DNA of 63,985 bases, the filler included, from Psammoneis japonica (taxonomy: Eukaryota), in assembly GCA_008632985.1 (NCBI GenBank). It is 3 parts of 3 records of this genome, joined end to end, with 100 filler letters (N's around TTAATTAATTAA, not from the genome) between each part and the next. Parts side by side here need not be neighbours in the genome. Positions count along the whole stretch, not along the records: positions 27,721 to 55,223 come from QPGO01000412.1; positions 55,324 to 63,985 come from QPGO01000539.1; 1 more part is not named here. The stretch is one strand, 5' to 3'. The notes below the pieces were generated by a model. It saw only the letters and a list, made by a program, of their open reading frames with translations, was not told the origin of the DNA and did not search any database. The translations under genes and the position numbers were made by a program. Shown here in pieces: positions 50,523 to 61,882 of this stretch (position 1 is the first letter of the stretch; each line of letters opens with the position of its first letter).

Positions 50523-51575
50523 GGCCTTTTTGACTCGACCAAGGAGTCGGTTGCTGACAACCGGAAGTGTGTTCTCAACCCCAAGCATTGCCAGCGCAGT
50601 CGGAGCAATTCGGATGAAGACATGGAGAATGAAATGCCTTTGGGTGGCGACGGACCTCCCTGTCAGCATCTTTCAGCAATGTGCTTGAAGTGCAACACCT
50701 GCGACTTGTCCGTGCACATCGATTGCAACCAGGAAAGTCAACGAGGCCTTTCTCCAGCAGCAACTTTGTTTTCTGAGCTTGCAGGCCCTTGCTGCGACCA
50801 TGCAATGTGCGCTCGGGGCAAGCACCCCATTTGCGCTGCACAAAACAGAAGTGCAGTGCATGAGTTGCTGGTTGGTGCAGCACAAGAAGACAGAGAAACT
50901 CTGAAGGACCCAGAGAGACGCCGTGCTGCTTTGAACAAAAAGGATTTCTTTCAGCAGCCTTTGCAGCACATTGCCATTTGGTGCAAAGAAGCGGAAAAGC
51001 TGCGCTGGTGCAAGACAAACAGGTCAATTTGACAACACCGTTTCACACAGCTGGCCAAGGAGGCAGTGCTCCACCGAAAACTCTCTGCCAGTGGAAACAA
51101 GAGAAAAAAGAAGAAACCGAAACCCAAACAGGTGGATGGCGGCCTGGAGGTGGAAGAGTCTGATTCGGAGCCGGAAGATCAAGGTCTCCTCGTTTCACGA
51201 CGAAGAGTGTTGTCTGCTGTCGATGAGAAACACCAAGATCTTCATTTTGAAGCGAGGAAGTTGTGCGAGGATGCAAAAGACTTGGGACAGATGCGTCATC
51301 TTGAATGGGTTGATCCGGCGTCACGGCCGGATCACAGTGAGACACCAGGTGATGCCGTCCAGTGCGAAGGGCGAGTTTCATTTGGATGGTTTGAAGTTCT
51401 CAAACACGGCAGAACATTGGCTGACGATTGTTTTGGAGCGGACAATGACAAGATCATCGGAGGAGGGAGGGTGAACCTTGTTCGAAACGCCGTTGAGGAA
51501 GCCAAGCGGAGACCCAACACAAAAGTCTCTCTGAGCTGCAGAGAAAAGTGACAGATTGGCAACAGAGCTGATCAC

Positions 51576-52436
51576 GTGACAAACAAAGGTCATGTTCACA
51601 AAGTGAGGCGGCTGACAGATGGGGAGCGAGCCAAGGGGCTTGCAGCCAATGATGATTTTGAAGGTCCTGCGGGAACGCCAGAATTCATGGGGGTTGGCAC
51701 AAGGAACAAACCCCGCCATTGTGCCATGGAATGGGCAAGAGCCAATTTTCAGAAGCGATGTCCTGCAGTGTGCAAGGCCATGTGTGATTTGAAACCAGGC
51801 AAAGCATGGCGCAACCTGCCGGAGGGCAACGTGTCAGACAAAAGCGAGCTGGAATTTCCTGCATCGGGGCCACGAGTCAAACATCAACAAGGCGAGAAAG
51901 ACGCTTGTGTGCTCTCTAGCCTGGCCAGTGTCCTCAGTTGCATGGGAGACGAAAGGATGGAGCAACATGTTGTGAAGTGCAAGGAGCATTTTTGCAGGTT
52001 GGAGATCACCAACAACAAATGGCTGGAGTTCGCTGTCGGCATGTTGTTGGGGCAAAAGCAGAAAATGTGCCCTCCAACGGCCACATCAATGAAGTGGCAT
52101 GAATGCAAGAGGCGTCAGAAGATGGCAGCTGGCAAGAATGGATTCTTTGATTTGACCACACACATTGCAGATGACGTCGTTCTTTGTCGGTTGAAAAACA
52201 ACCATTGCACTGCTTTGCACAGTGGGTGGATCTTCGACTCCAATCATGAATTCACTCTTCCTGCCAAAGACATTCAGTGGTTGAATTGGTGTCTTGGGAA
52301 TGAAACGTTTGAAATGGGTGCACTGGTGGAAGACCCAAAACCAGCAGCGGAGGAAGCAGTGTTTTTCCAACTGCCGAAGGCTGTCCAAACAAGGTTGCGC
52401 AAACGCAAGAGGCCAGCTGATGTGTCTGCATTTTAG
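51576..52436 (+). pseudogene. Papain-fold cysteine peptidase-like domain (possibly the C-terminus of a long gene starting near 49113)
   Basis: QQGEKDACVLSSLASVL (Q..C), NNHCTAL (H), WIFDSN (D/N). Confidence 0.55.
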
Positions 52437-52489
52437 CTCTAAAAAGGGACGCTGGTGCGTTCATGCTTTTTTGTGGTTGGGGTCATGCG

Positions 52490-53612
52490 CTGGTCCGAAC
52501 ATGAGATTTCTAGAAAAAGAGTGAAGTGAGCCCCTGATTGTGTGAACCCAACCCACAAGTGCTGGCAGATGGCCTTGGCTGTCTCCTGTGGATGGCAGAG
52601 GACACTTTGACGACAAAGGTTGAGCACCAAAAGGCCCATCTTGTGCAGTTGAGGCCCCACCTCACTTTGTTTCCGCCAGGTTTGGACATGAAATTTCTAG
52701 AGTTAGAGCAAAACGAGCCCATGATTGGGTGAGCCCAGCCCAAAGGTGCCGGCAGATGGCCTTGGCTGTCTCCAGTGCGTGCCAAGGGACGCTTTGACAA
52801 CCAAGGTTGAGCACCACAAAGCCAATCTCGTGCAGTGACAGCCCACTTCAATTTGTTTTCACCAGGGCGGCTTGTGAAATTTCCAGATTCAGGTGAAATG
52901 AGCCCCTGATTTGGTGAACCCAACCCATGGCTGCTGGCAGATGACCATGGCTGTCTTTTGTGGGTGCCAGAGGACACTTTGACAACCAAGGTTGAGCGCA
53001 ACAAGGCCCATCTTGCGCAGTTGAGGCCCCACTTCACTTTGTTTCCACCAGGGCCAGACATGAGATTTCTAGAAAAAGAGTTGGATGAGCCCCTGATTGG
53101 GTGAACCCAACCCACAAGTGCCAGCAGAGGGCCTTGGCTGTCTCCAGTGGGTGCCAGGGGACACTTTGGGAGCCAAGGTTGAGTGTGACAAGGCCCTTCT
53201 TGTGCAGTTGAGGCCCCACTTCACTTTGTTTCCACCAGGGCCAGCAATGAGATTTCTAGAAAATGAGTGAAGTGAGCCCCTGATTGGGCGACCCCAACCC
53301 ACAAGTGCAGGCAGAGGGCCATGGCTGTCTCCAGTGGGTGCCAGGGGACACTTTGACAGCCAAGGATGATCGCAACAAGGCCCATCTTGTGCAGTTGAGG
53401 CACCACTTCACTTTGTTTCCACCAGGTTTGGACATGAAATTTCTAGAGTTAGAGTGAAATGAGCCCATGATTGGGTGAACCCAACCCGCAAGTGCAGGCA
53501 GAGGGCACTGGTTGTCTCCAGTGGGAGCCAGAGCACACTTTGACAACAAAGGTTGGGCACAACAAGGCCCGTCTTGTGCAGTTTCAGGCCCTGCTTCCCT
53601 TTGTTTCCGCCA
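52490..53612. repeat. Subtelomeric satellite, six ~187-bp units
   Basis: atga(g/a)atttctaga...gagccc at ~52501, 52688, 52875 (diverged), 53060, 53248, 53434. Confidence 0.92.
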
Positions 53613-53688
53613 GGGTCAGGGTTGGGGTCAGGGTTGGGGTTGGGGTTGGGGTTGGGGTTGGGGTCAGGGCCAGGGTTGGGGTTGGGGT
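53611..53688 (+). repeat. Degenerate internal telomeric tract
   Basis: Hexamers TTGGGG, TCAGGG, CCAGGG; no intact TTAGGG. Confidence 0.85.
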
Positions 53689-54016
53689 CGGTGTGCCGCA
53701 TCGTGGCATTCGAACTCGGATGCGAAACTCTGGCTCGCATGTTGCTGTTGAAAGGATGGAGTCACTCGAGGCAGGATGGTGGGAAACCTTGCAAGTTGGA
53801 GTGCAGAAGAGCACCCGCGATCGAACAAATGACATCGGTGGATTTTTCTGAATCAGAGACAGCAACAAACATGATGGCGAAGGTGCCCCTCTTGTTTGTT
53901 GTGTTGAACGATCCCAATCTGTTGGATCCCAGCTCCAGCGAGCCCTTGGTGAACCACGTTCAACCCCAAAGCTTTGCCAATGAGTTGATGAAATTTCTTC
54001 AACTCCCACACCTTGG

Positions 54017-54096
54017 TCAGGGTTGGGGTTGGGGTTGGGGCCAGGGTCAGGGTCAGGGTTGGGGCTGGGGTTGGGGTTCAGGGTTGGGGGTTGGGG
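54017..54096 (+). repeat. Second degenerate internal telomeric tract
   Basis: Hexamers TCAGGG, TTGGGG, CCAGGG, CTGGGG. Confidence 0.85.
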
Positions 54097-54658
54097 TGAC
54101 AGAAAATGAAGGCAAATGGCAAGAATTCAAACAACAACTCCTTGCTGCTGTCTAAACAGCAGATGAGTCTCCGCTCAGAGACCGCTGCAGGAGCCGAAAG
54201 ACGTGCAAGTCGGTGTGATCGGGCTGCTGTTGTTGTTCTTGTGAGCCTTGTGGCTCGAAAGCAAACCACATCGCACGTGAACGCGCGGAACTGGAGCACA
54301 CAAAACTGTGCGCGGCAAACTAAACAGCGCGCGACACTTCGCGCGCATCCAAATCCTGTTCAAATCCTGTCACTCCCCAGTTTGCTTGAGGAGCCACAGA
54401 AACAGATTCGACTTCGGATGGAATGAAGTTCCAGAACATGAGGGGGCGGAGAAGGTCCCAGATTTGGGAGTAACCCCAATGCTTGCTGAGAATGTCAGCA
54501 GGGTTGCGGGAGCCTTCGATGAAGTGGAGCTCAAGGCAACCAGAGGCAATTGCCTCACGCACACGGTGGAACGACAGTGCGGTGTGTCGCTTGTGTAACT
54601 TGGAGTGCGGGATGGTGGCACTGTCTACAACCGACTTGTTGTCACCGAACATGTAACT
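54097..54658 (-). mobile_element. 3' end of Ty1/Copia element: RNase H C-terminus, PPT and 276-bp 3' LTR (54097-54372), truncated by the telomere
   Basis: FGDNKSV...KRH...FHRVRE...NPADILSK (Copia RNase H); PPT ggggag; LTR with inverted termini TGACAG...CTGTCA. Confidence 0.88.
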
Positions 54659-54659
54659 N

Positions 54660-55223
54660 GTTAGGGTTAGGGTTAGGTTAGGGTTAGGGTTAGGGTTAGG
54701 GTTAGGTTAGGGTTAGGGTTAGGGTTAGGGTAGGGTTAGGGTTAGGGTTAGGGTTAGGGTTAGGGTTAGGTTAGGGTTAGGGTTAGGGTTAGGGTTAGGG
54801 TAGGGTTAGGGTTAGGGTTAGGTTAGGGTTAGGGTTAGGGTTAGGGTTAGGGTTAGGGTTAGGGTAGGGTTAGGGTTAGGGTTAGGGTTAGGGTTAGGGT
54901 TAGGGTTAGGGGTTAGGTTAGGGTTAGGGTTAGGGTTAGGTTAGGGTTAGGGTTAGGGTTAGGGTTAGGGTTAGGGTTAGGGTTAGGTTAGGGTTAGGGT
55001 TAGGTTAGGGTTAGGGTTAGGGTTAGGGTTAGGTTAGGGTTAGGGTTAGGGTTAGGGTTAGGGTTAGGGTTAGGGTTAGGGTTAGGTTAGTTAGGGTTAG
55101 GGTTAGGGTTAGGGTTAGGGTTAGGGTTAGGGTTAGGGTTAGGGTTAGGTTAGGGTTAGGGTTAGGGTTAGGGTTAGGGTTAGGGTTAGGGTTAGGGTTA
55201 GGGTTAGGGTTAGGTTAGGTTAG
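54660..55223 (+). repeat. Telomeric (TTAGGG)n array
   Basis: ~560 bp of TTAGGG with occasional 5-mer variants, ending at the contig linker. Confidence 0.98.
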
Positions 55224-55323
55224 NNNNNNNNNNNNNNNNNNNNNNNNNNNNNNNNNNNNNNNNNNNNTTAATTAATTAANNNNNNNNNNNNNNNNNNNNN
55301 NNNNNNNNNNNNNNNNNNNNNNN
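55224..55323. other. Artificial contig linker
   Basis: N-TTAATTAATTAA-N. Confidence 0.93.
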
Positions 55324-57720
55324 AACAGTCGCATGCTGCAGAAAATTCAACGCCCCAAAAATGAACCATGAACACCTTCCATTGTGAGCTTGATCTGCTG
55401 CACAAGAAGGTTGTTTCTTTCAAGATGCACATCTTTGGCTTTTTTCTCTCTCCCTGCTCTGTCTGTTTGTGTGCTGGCTCATCTCTTCTGTGCAATGCTC
55501 TGTTGTGTGTGTGTGCTCTCCTTTTGCCAGAAAAAAATGTGGCTGTGGGATGTGTGCTGCCACTTGCTTTGAATCATGTCTGCAAGTGCGTGCCATTCTT
55601 TCGCTGAAGTGCAGCATCCTGTTGGGCAAATTCAAATTGTTGTTGACACAAGTGCCCATCAACATGATCATGGCAGAGTCTGTTTTTCTCTGCGCTCTTG
55701 ATCACAGCATTGTGTGTGCCAAAGAAATGAAAACAAACAACAAGTGTCTGTGCCAAAGAAATGAAAACAAACAACAAATCTTCTTTGGCTCTCTTGATCT
55801 CAGTGTGCAAAGCTCTTGTTGGTTGAATTGCCGCTCAAAGTGTTGTCATCAATTGACAAGAGCTGGCACTCTTCAACATGGGTGTTTTTTCCTCTTGTGT
55901 GTCATGGCAAGCTCACCCCAAAGGGGTGGCTCAAGCAAAAGCTGCACTCAGCAACCACAGTGTTTTCTGCTAAAATCAACAGAGCTGCAGCCAAATCTGA
56001 TGCTGGGTGATCTGGCACAAATGTCAATTGTGTGGTGGTGCCTGAGGCCAATGACTGATGCCTCAAAAAACACATTTTGGGTCTCTTTGCATGTGTGCAA
56101 AATGTGTTTTTGACAACAACAATTGCTCTCTTTTTGTTGCAAACCTCCTCACAATGCATCATTGACAAATCTGCCACACCCACTCTCCCAGTTTCCGGTT
56201 TCCAGTGTTGCCCCATTTAAAATTGAGGCATTGCCCCAGACAAAAAATCAGCACTGCACAAGCACCAGATCACCCCAGCTGCTTTGTTGCCTGTTTCCTG
56301 TCACTGTTGTTGTGCGCCATTGTCATCATTGCTTGCAAAGTGAGTCACTTCGCCAGCTGCTTTGTGGCACCACACAAGAAGTTTTGCGCATCATCTGCAA
56401 GCTCTGCAAAATGACGTGGTCTTTCTGGGGCCTGCTGGAAATTTTGGTCACATGCATTGAAAAGGTCAACATGAGCAGCAAGCCACAAGAGCAGGACCTG
56501 GGTGCATTGTTGTGCTGTTTCTGAACTCTGAACATTTTTCTTTGGTTGTGCATTTTCCTCATGGCACCATTTTTGGAGATGCTTCCACACATTTCTGTGC
56601 ACAGCCAGCTGTTTTTGAATTAGACAGCCAACCAAGCAGCTGGCAACCACCCAAACAACCACAAAGTTTTCACTGCCACAAGCCTGGAATGCCTGGCACA
56701 TGACACTGGTGCTCCTCAACTCTGAAGCACAACCCCCTGGGTTGGCCAGCGCTCCTCAGCTCTGAAGCACCGCCTCCTGGGTTGGCTGCTGAGCTGGTCA
56801 AAGTCAAGAGATTAGAGCACAAAAGCAAAGCTGCCTCAAGGAGCAAGTGCACATGTGCTGGTCATCTGAGCACACTTGCTTGCACCATGAAAAAGCAAAA
56901 AGGCTGCTGAGTTCAGGAAAAGTGCACAGTTTCTCAGCAGTGTTGAGGTCACTCAGAGTCTCTCTTCATTTCAGACCTCCTGGCTGTGCTGCTTGCCTGC
57001 ATTTGCAGCAGCAGCAATGCCAAAAGACCCTCTGTCTCAGCTGCCAGCATTGGCTGCAGCCCATTAATCAGACCATGATGTGCTGCCTCCAGAGCCAGTG
57101 AAAGACTGTCTCTTTGGCACATCTGCCCCCCTGGCAAGACATTGGCGTGCGCTGCGCTTTGAGCGCAGCTGATTGTGAAAATTTGAGCCGAGAGAGAGAG
57201 AAGAGCAGTGTGCCTCATTTCTTTGAGGGGCTGTCTGATTTGTCTCTCTTCTGCTGCAGGCTTAATTTTCAACATGCACGGCAACAAATGGCGGCACTGC
57301 ACCCCTGCCAGGGCATGCAGCAACAGCGTGGCGCGACAGCCCCACATGGGAGAGAAAAGCCTCCACAGGGTTTGCAGTCACCAGCTCAACAATCAACTTG
57401 CAGAAGAATGGGTTTTCTTTCACAACAACTGCCCTTGTTTTTTTTTTCTGACAAGAGACAAAAGAGGTCACCTGCCGCCACAAAAGTCCCTTGTTTTGGC
57501 AAAAAAAGCTGCTGCAGTGCCCAGAAGCCGGTGCTGGAGAGAGCCCCTCCTCCATTTGACAACAACATCATGTGTGCAGTGCAGTGATGCAGGACAACCT
57601 TGACAATCATGAACGAGACCAGTTTTCTCATCAATGGGGAGAAACACTGGGCAGTTTCAATGCGATTGCCCGCCACTTTGACGTGAGCAACTTTCGACGA
57701 CTGGGGGTGTGACGAAAAAA
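55324..57720. repeat. Extremely decayed TE relic (TpA- and CpG-poor)
   Basis: TG/CA-saturated; no recognisable protein. Confidence 0.5.
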
Positions 57721-57760
57721 CTTTAAAATTATAATACATTTTTCATTTCGTGTACTGTAG

Positions 57761-57842
57761 GACATCGTGCCGGAGTGGTAAACGGGATAGATTGCTAATC
57801 TATTGTGCTATGCACGCCAGAGTTCGAATCTCTGCGATGTCG
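57761..57842 (+). tRNA. tRNA-Ser(GCU)
   Basis: Acceptor stem GACATCG/CGATGTC, anticodon arm ATAGA-TTGCTAA-TCTAT, long variable arm GTGC-TAT-GCAC, T arm CAGAG-TTCGAAT-CTCTG, oligo-T terminator downstream. Confidence 0.95.
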
Positions 57843-58070
57843 AATTTTTTTGCTTGAAACGCCTCATCTTGGGCGTATTGTACCGGCAGGTCTACGGGTA
57901 CCTAAGTACATACCGTACACACTATGTGCTATTTGGTTTCTGAAAGTACTACGGAGTATTATTTTACTTAGTAGTCTACGGTACACCCTACAGTACCGGT
58001 AGGGCCCCATCTTACGGTACCGGTAGGTCGTAGGGATGCTTCGTACAAGGGATTATCCCTTGCTTCGTAC

Positions 58071-58197
58071 CGCTTTTCCTCCACATTTCTGCGTCATTCA
58101 ATCTATGATGGCGATCTTTCTGCATTGATTGTAGTACTGCTTTTCCTCCACATTTCTCCGTCATTCAGTCCATGATGGCGATCTTCTGCATGGATTA
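58071..58197. repeat. ~67-bp imperfect direct repeat x2
   Basis: gcttttcctccacatttct...atgatggcgatctt at 58072 and 58139. Confidence 0.75.
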
Positions 58198-58510
58198 CTT
58201 CGAATGCATGAAGAAACGCGAGAGGACGAATGAGAAAGGTCTTTACATATGGCAAAAGCAGATGAAATTGGCTTAGGGCATAGCACTACCAACTGGAGAC
58301 TACTAAAGAAGAATACTACATTCGTAAAGTGTTACTGGTGGCAGCCACCAAAGCTGAATATTACATTCGTACAATGACATCAGCTACCCAAGTAGAATGC
58401 AAGAGATTGAGAGGCTATCCCCTAGACTCAAAATGAGCTCCCAATTGTACTTCTTGGTTTCCGAGACCACAAAACAATGCCCATCATGTAAGCGGCCGTT
58501 CCCTTTCTGT

Positions 58511-59359
58511 TTACTCCCCCCGTTTACTCCCCCCAGCGCCTGCCTCTTCCTCGAATGCAGATGGATCTTCCCGATAGAGACGGCACTGGTTGTGAAGCAA
58601 ACCTCCTTGCATCAGCCATCCACGCTCACGAAGCTCGTCATCCGTGGCTGACTCCCAACGCCTGACGATGCGGTATGGCTCGTTGAATTTCCAATACACC
58701 GTGTCTCCAGGCAAGATGCAACACTTGCCACCACAGGCGGTTTCTTCCATCATACTTTCGGGATCAATTTCTCCATGACACCCATAATTGACAAAATCCA
58801 TGAAAGCTTCTGATGGCCCATGTGAACTCCGCCACAGACATTCTCCTCCATAAACTCACGGTAGAGAGGACGAAGCTGGCCTTCGGTCAAGTAAGAGCCA
58901 TCCTGGTTCTTCAAGTTTGCTACACTTGGCAGCCATTCTCGAATCGAATAGAGCGCCCCACCAATGGTGGTGGACGACATGACGGCCGACCACTCGCGTG
59001 TATGAAACTCACGTGCACCAAAGCCCCGTGGCATGTTCCCATTTACCCCTCCCCAGCCCACCCCCTTCTTGAAGATGCAAGGCTTCCCCAAAGACATGTT
59101 CGGTCCCCATACACATGTCGAGTTTGACTTTGTAGTGACAAGAGTCTTCATTAATTTCCCTGGCTGGATGGCCCGCCGGCGTATAGCTCTGAATGTGCTT
59201 TAGCACCCCGATGACATCCGCCAGAGCATTCGCGGTACTTTCTTCTTGTTGCACACACCACAGAAAACAGTAGAAACGACTCTTGTGGATTTCATGAATC
59301 TTTTTGAAGCGCCTGTTCCATGCATTTTGCATCGTCGGAATGACTGCCGTCAATGACAT
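58511..59359 (-). pseudogene. Unknown coding-like region in three overlapping frames
   Basis: Successive minus-strand ORFs (59009-59359, 58750-59151, 58511-58801) with protein-like composition and normal TpA content. Confidence 0.3.
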
Positions 59360-60100
59360 GGTGTCGACCGCGTTTACAATCCGAAAGTGTCTCGTTACTC
59401 ACACGAAGAGTGTGATTACTCACACGAAGAGTGTGATCATGTGATCACAATGTGCCATGTTCAATGTGCTCGAGGATCGCGAGGAGGAGGAGTCGCGCGC
59501 GAATACTCTCTTAGCTAGCTCTCTAGCCCCTACTCGCTCTACTCTAGTAGTAGTAGCTAGTAGAGCTAGCTCTCTAGCTAGAGTTTTTCGAGCTAGAGTT
59601 CCTCTAGCTAGAGTAGAGGTATGAAAAATAACTCTCCCACAGTCAACGCTCTGCACAAGAAAAGCACCATGCGATGTGCAGTACCATCTTCACAACTTGT
59701 TACCGGGTGCGACTATTACTGTGTAATACGAGTACCGGGCGGTAGGAAAGGGATGTTCCACTTCAATTGACGTAGGCTACGTAGAAACCTAGATTTTACC
59801 AAACTAGACACAGGCCCAGAAGCCCGCTCATCGTGGCATGAACAAGCGTACTGTAACGGAGAAGACGCGACCAAACTCGACAACATCGATCGAAAGGAGC
59901 GAAAAATTGCGTAACGAACCAAAGGCATTGACGTTGTGTTTCCTTCCATGTGGGAAGGATTCAGATTGCAGCGTTCACGTCTGGTACACCTCCAACGGCC
60001 GTGTAACAATGGTAATTGATTGGACGCTGCTTTCACGGCTGTTACTGCTTGACAAAATTTGATCGAGTATCACCTCGTGGCTTTTCATAACTCATCCCAA

Positions 60101-61661
60101 TCATGCAGCAACATCATTAGCATGGGCGTTGCCAACAACATGGCTTTGTCGGTTGTCTTCTTCCCACAGTAAGCGTTCGAAAGTCTCCTCTGGGGAACGC
60201 AGCAACACGTCTTCACTCAAGTGCTTTGTCGCGGCATTCAAAATCAATTCAGAGATGGGAGGTTTGCCAGACAGCGAGACGCCCTCTCGCAAGTACTTCT
60301 TCGGAAGTGAAGCAATCTCATCCAATTCGATGCGATATCGCTTCGAGTTGGGTTCTCCAGCAAACAACTGACAAACCGCTTTGACAATGAATCGCCGGAT
60401 TTTTGCAGGATCCCATAGATTTTCTTCCTCATCGGCATGTCGACCGTATTCTTGAAGTATTTCTAGCCGATTCAAATGTCTGCAGGAGTCATCCTTGTAG
60501 AGTAGACGGTCCGCCATTGCAAAATTCCAAGGCTGAGCGGCAAACGAACGCCCGACCATTACCCCTAGCAAACCGGGACATTCGTCAAATTCCGTCTGAG
60601 CATCAGTCAAGCTACCGATACCACCATTGACCGAAAACGTAAGCTCTGGATAGTCTTGTACAAGTCGTCTGACTAGTTCGCGTTTCAGAGGTGGTATTTT
60701 TCGATTGTCCGCAGGCGAGAAAGATTTCTGAAGAACGGCAATACGTGCGTGCACAGAAAAGTCGGTCACGACATTGTTCGCCGCTACTCGTTCAATGAAG
60801 CTGCAAAGTTTGGAATACTCCATCTCAGGATCAATGCTGTCGTAAGCCTTTCGAGTGAAAGACTGGTCATTTGACGTTCCAATTCTACATTTGACCGTCA
60901 CTGGCAATTTCCCGCCGGTACCGTCATGTAAAGCAGAAGTGAGTTCTGCTACCAGATCTGGATCGTCCATCAGAGCAGCTCCAAAGCATCCTTTTCCGGC
61001 TACCTTTGGAGAAGGGCAGCCGCAGTTCAGGTTGATGGCGGTGTAGTCGCACCATCCTCGGTCAGTCATGTCCATCACAGTCTGGGCTGCTTCATACATT
61101 TGCTGAGGATCTGAACCACCTAATTGCAACACGGAAGCGCCCTCAAGCGGTTGTATTAGCCCTTGGCCAAGGTAACGCCTCATAAATTGATCATCATAGC
61201 CCTTTCGTGCTTGTTCTGGGGTTGCTGTTGGATTCTGGCTTATGAATTCGTCCTCTTTGTCACGACGCTCGTGAACCAAGGCATTTGCTGCAACCATCTC
61301 GGTATAGAGCAAGGTGCGGTTCGAAATGAGCCTTACCAAATGCCGAAAATGCCGGTCTGTGTACTCCATCATCTATTCATCAAAGGACATGCAAAAGAAG
61401 AAAGTGGAGTTACACAATGCGTGAGACGCATGAGACAAAAAAAGAAGAAAGTTAGAGCGAACATACCGGTGCGAGAGACAAGCGGCTTGCTTCCATCAGT
61501 TCTTTGTATTTTGTCTCCCTCGTGGCTGCATTGTCCTCACTGGACTCTGTCGATGTTGTGACCTGGTACAGGTTTCGCCGAGAAAGAGCTTTCCTTTGTG
61601 TAAGGGAAGCAAAAGCAGGTACACGGCCAGCCGCCGACCCTCTCATTTGCAAACCGTACAT
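60101..61661 (-). CDS. dusA: tRNA-dihydrouridine synthase, DusA-type; intron 61373-61466
   Basis: Spliced SLAP|MMEYTDRHFR, LLYTEM, QLGG, NLNCGCPS, VKCRIG, HAR, NGGI, GVMVGR; start codon uncertain (61661 or 61646). Confidence 0.9.
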
Positions 61662-61882
61662 TACAACGCAGCTGTATTCAATCGATACAATAACAGATAG
61701 AAGCTGCGGTCCCACCTCATGAGGCACGTTGACAAGTTTCTGAGTCGCTATTGGGCTGCTTGGCTACTTCTGACTTCTGATGATGCATGTCGCTGTTACT
61801 GTATTACCGTATGGTACCGGTATGGATCGATACCGGTATGTGAGGCGAGGGTTTGGAGTTTGGATGGAGGCGAGTTGATGTA

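Noticed and set aside
15698..52436. Alternative genetic code or RNA editing explaining the Tyr deficit
   Set aside because: Noncoding LTRs and telomeric repeats show the same TA->TG/CA change, and host genes use Tyr normally.
54660..55223. Interstitial telomere or chromosome fusion site
   Set aside because: The array ends at an artificial linker; more likely a true chromosome end placed internally by scaffolding.
9070..57720. Hundreds of overlapping Cys/His-rich ORFs on all six frames, suggesting dense overlapping genes or metalloproteins
   Set aside because: Loss of TpA removes TAA/TAG stops (and TTA/CTA on the other strand) and converts Tyr to Cys/His, so these are by-products.
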